Positions 61,101 through 64,000 of a DNA stretch of 64,000 bases are shown here, one piece after another. Position numbers and translations under genes: made by a program. The first letter of the stretch is position 1. Every line of letters starts with the position of its first letter. Under the pieces are notes generated by a model. That model was not told where the DNA came from and did not search any database. It saw nothing but the letters and a program-made list of their open reading frames with translations. Source of the stretch: the human T2T-CHM13v2.0 reference genome, Homo sapiens; NCBI RefSeq assembly GCF_009914755.1, contig NC_060925.1; one strand, written 5' to 3'.

Positions 61101-62191
61101 AATATTCAAACTTTATTTTATATTTAAGTTTTAGCTAAAAATGAGATGTGTTACTATTATTTAATACACAGGTTGACAGTGATGACTTCACCATACCAGT
61201 GTCTGTTGGTCACAAACCACGTGTATACTCTGCAGCAAGGATGGGCTGGCAGTGAAAACCTCATGTGTCATTTTGCTTTCAGCGAATTGTAATGTACCAT
61301 AGTCTAAGTGCTATAGGATGTCACTGGTATGGCTGGATTTATTAAAGCAAGACTTAAAACACGGAAGAAGCTTTACAATGCATTTTTAATGACATAAGGA
61401 GTGACTATGAACATCTTTTGTATCTCAGAGAAATTTACTGATGAATGCATAAAAAATTACTTTGAAGAGCTGTTAACTTAGAGATGGAATTTAACATTCT
61501 TCTGTTACAAAAAAGGAAGTGCTCCAAAGTGACCAACCTTTCTCTAATAACATATGACATTAAGTTGTTCATAATCAAGCATATATTTTATATTTTCAAA
61601 AAACCCCACAACCTGCTTCTTCAAAGTAACAAAGAATGAGAAGGTAACAATATTTCAAAAGAACTTAATGCTTTGAGAAATCATTTAGAAGGATAGAAAC
61701 ATGATTTGGTCATCAGAAAAAAAAATGTGTGTCATCTATTTTTAAAAATACCCTTATATCTGTGCCCTTAAAATAATTTAGAAATAATTTTTTAGTCTCC
61801 TTAAAATTTTTCCAAAACAAAGGCTTTTAATGAGTTTTAAACCCAGATATTTTAAAGTTAAAAGTCAATGTTTTCTGATTTGTTTGCAAGGAAAAGTGGT
61901 CAGAGCTGGGGAAAATAGAATTTTACTGGCCAAATTTCAGTGAAAACCGGCATGTGCAGGCAAGGATACACCTCTTCCATTTGGATTAGACATATTGCAA
62001 GATATCTTCTCATTTATAGCACTCTTTAAAACCAAGAATCTGGATAGACTAAGCTGGGAACCAGAACTTTGGATTGTTAAATCACAAGGTATTAAGCCAA
62101 GATTTAGAAAATTTAACTAGGCATATTCAATCACATTACTCTGTCATTTGTTAACATTAATTTTAGTAAGATTAAAAAGGGATTTTAAGGG

Positions 62192-62490
62192 GGGGAGCAG
62201 TGGCTGAAGACTCTAATCCCAGCACTTGGGAGACCAAGGCGGGTGGATCACTTGAGGTCGGGAGTTCAAGACCAGCCTGGCTAACATAGTGAAGCCTCAT
62301 CTCTACTAAAAATACAAAAAGTAGCCAGGTGTGGTGGTGGCATGCACCTATAGTCCCAGTTAGTTGGGAAGCTAAGGCAGGAGAATCGCTTGAACTCAGG
62401 AGGCAGAGGTTGTAGTGAGCTGAGATCATGCCACTACTCTCTGCCTGGGTGACAAAGTGAGATTGTCTCAAAAATAAAAATAAATAAAAA
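62192..62490 (+). mobile_element. AluS-like SINE
   Basis: Alu dimer with (AAAAAT)n tail. Confidence 0.9.
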
Positions 62491-63198
62491 GATATTTTAA
62501 ACAATTATTAAACAAAAAGAATATTATTTTAAAACGTGATTTATTTACTATTTACATATTCCCTTTTCAGGAATATGGATGCCTTATAATACATATAATG
62601 TATCAGTATATTAGTACTTATGTGTAAATTATAAATAAATAAGCGTATGCTGAGGGAGTGTGTTCAATTTTTAACTGATTGTGGTATGTGACCAAGATGT
62701 CTGAAAAACACCTAAAGATTATGTTTTGCAAATGACCTTTTCACCATTAATACCTGGCTAGCAGACTTTTAAAAATTATTTCATTTCCTGATTTTCAGAG
62801 TAATAGGTTTGTGTTCTATCTACCTCTAAAGGTGACTTTTATTATATATATATATAATGAGATTTTATTTGCTTTCTCCCTCTTTCTATGTGCATGTATC
62901 CATACAAACATACACATGTATACACATATGCATATAATCTTTTTTAACCATTGAGAATGAGTAGCAGATTGTTTTCCTTTATTCCTAAATATTTCCGTGT
63001 ATATTTCCTAAGAACAAGGACATAGCCATAGTACAGTTATCAAATCGGAGAAGTTAATGTTGATTTTGACAGCAGAATTTAAAGATCTTGACTTAATCTG
63101 ATCAGATAATAAACTTAAAACTGAAGAAAAAACTAAGAATAAGTCCAATGTATTTACCTGAATTGTCTCATCTGTGATATAGAAACTAACACCCACTG

Positions 63199-63595
<397 letters not shown>

Positions 63596-64000
63596 TTAAA
63601 TATTGTCATAATCATTTTCTATAAATTTTATCGTTGATGTGTAAGAAGGTGGTTGCTCTTAAATATAATTATTTTAAGCATTGTTTTAAAGTGTTAGGCT
63701 ATTTTAATTTTAAAAACATACATATATGTGTGTGTACACATATATGTGTGTGTGTGTGCATATATATGTATATATATGTATCTCCACTAATTAAATTTAC
63801 TACTGCACCAAGAATAAAAGTCTTAACGTATGCATAATATAAATCTACAATTATGACTAGGAGCCCAGCAACAAAATACCATGCAAGGCAAAAGGTAGAA
63901 CGATGAGGATGAAGCATTGCCATTGTGAGTGTGTGGACAGACAGCTGTTCCTGCCTTACCGTGTTAACCAAAAGAGACTGTACCTGGTTCACAGCTAGTG

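Overview
Primate (human-like) genomic DNA centred on the neuronal bHLH gene NHLH2. The gene is on the minus strand with an intact single-exon 135-aa CDS at 29973-30380, two inferred non-coding 5' exons near 32.2-33.1 kb, a ~1.6 kb 3'UTR and a gene-body CpG island. From recall, this corresponds to human 1p13.1. The only other gene-derived sequence is a disabled, full-length HNRNPA1 processed pseudogene (~47557-49876, minus). A second, orphan CpG island lies at ~20.2-21.0 kb beside repeat-poor, motif-rich DNA. The rest is mostly interspersed repeats: Alu, L1, L2, MIR, LTRs, hAT-Charlie, and a Ricksha MULE carrying an ERVL fragment. I found no convincing new protein-coding system; nearly all other ORFs are repeat or CpG-island shadows. 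The most unusual signals are structural. (i) A 100-bp, 97%-identical inverted repeat encloses three 48-bp self-hairpin units. (ii) An inverted local copy of L1 sequence preserves the empty site from before the HNRNPA1 retrocopy inserted. (iii) There is a five-level nest, Charlie > L1M > L1MA > HNRNPA1 retrocopy > inverted AluY pair, with a visible 17-bp target-site duplication. (iv) Several more template-switch-like scars occur across the window. (v) The NHLH2 leader holds a cluster of minimal uORFs. Repeat family names and boundaries were recognised by eye and are approximate.
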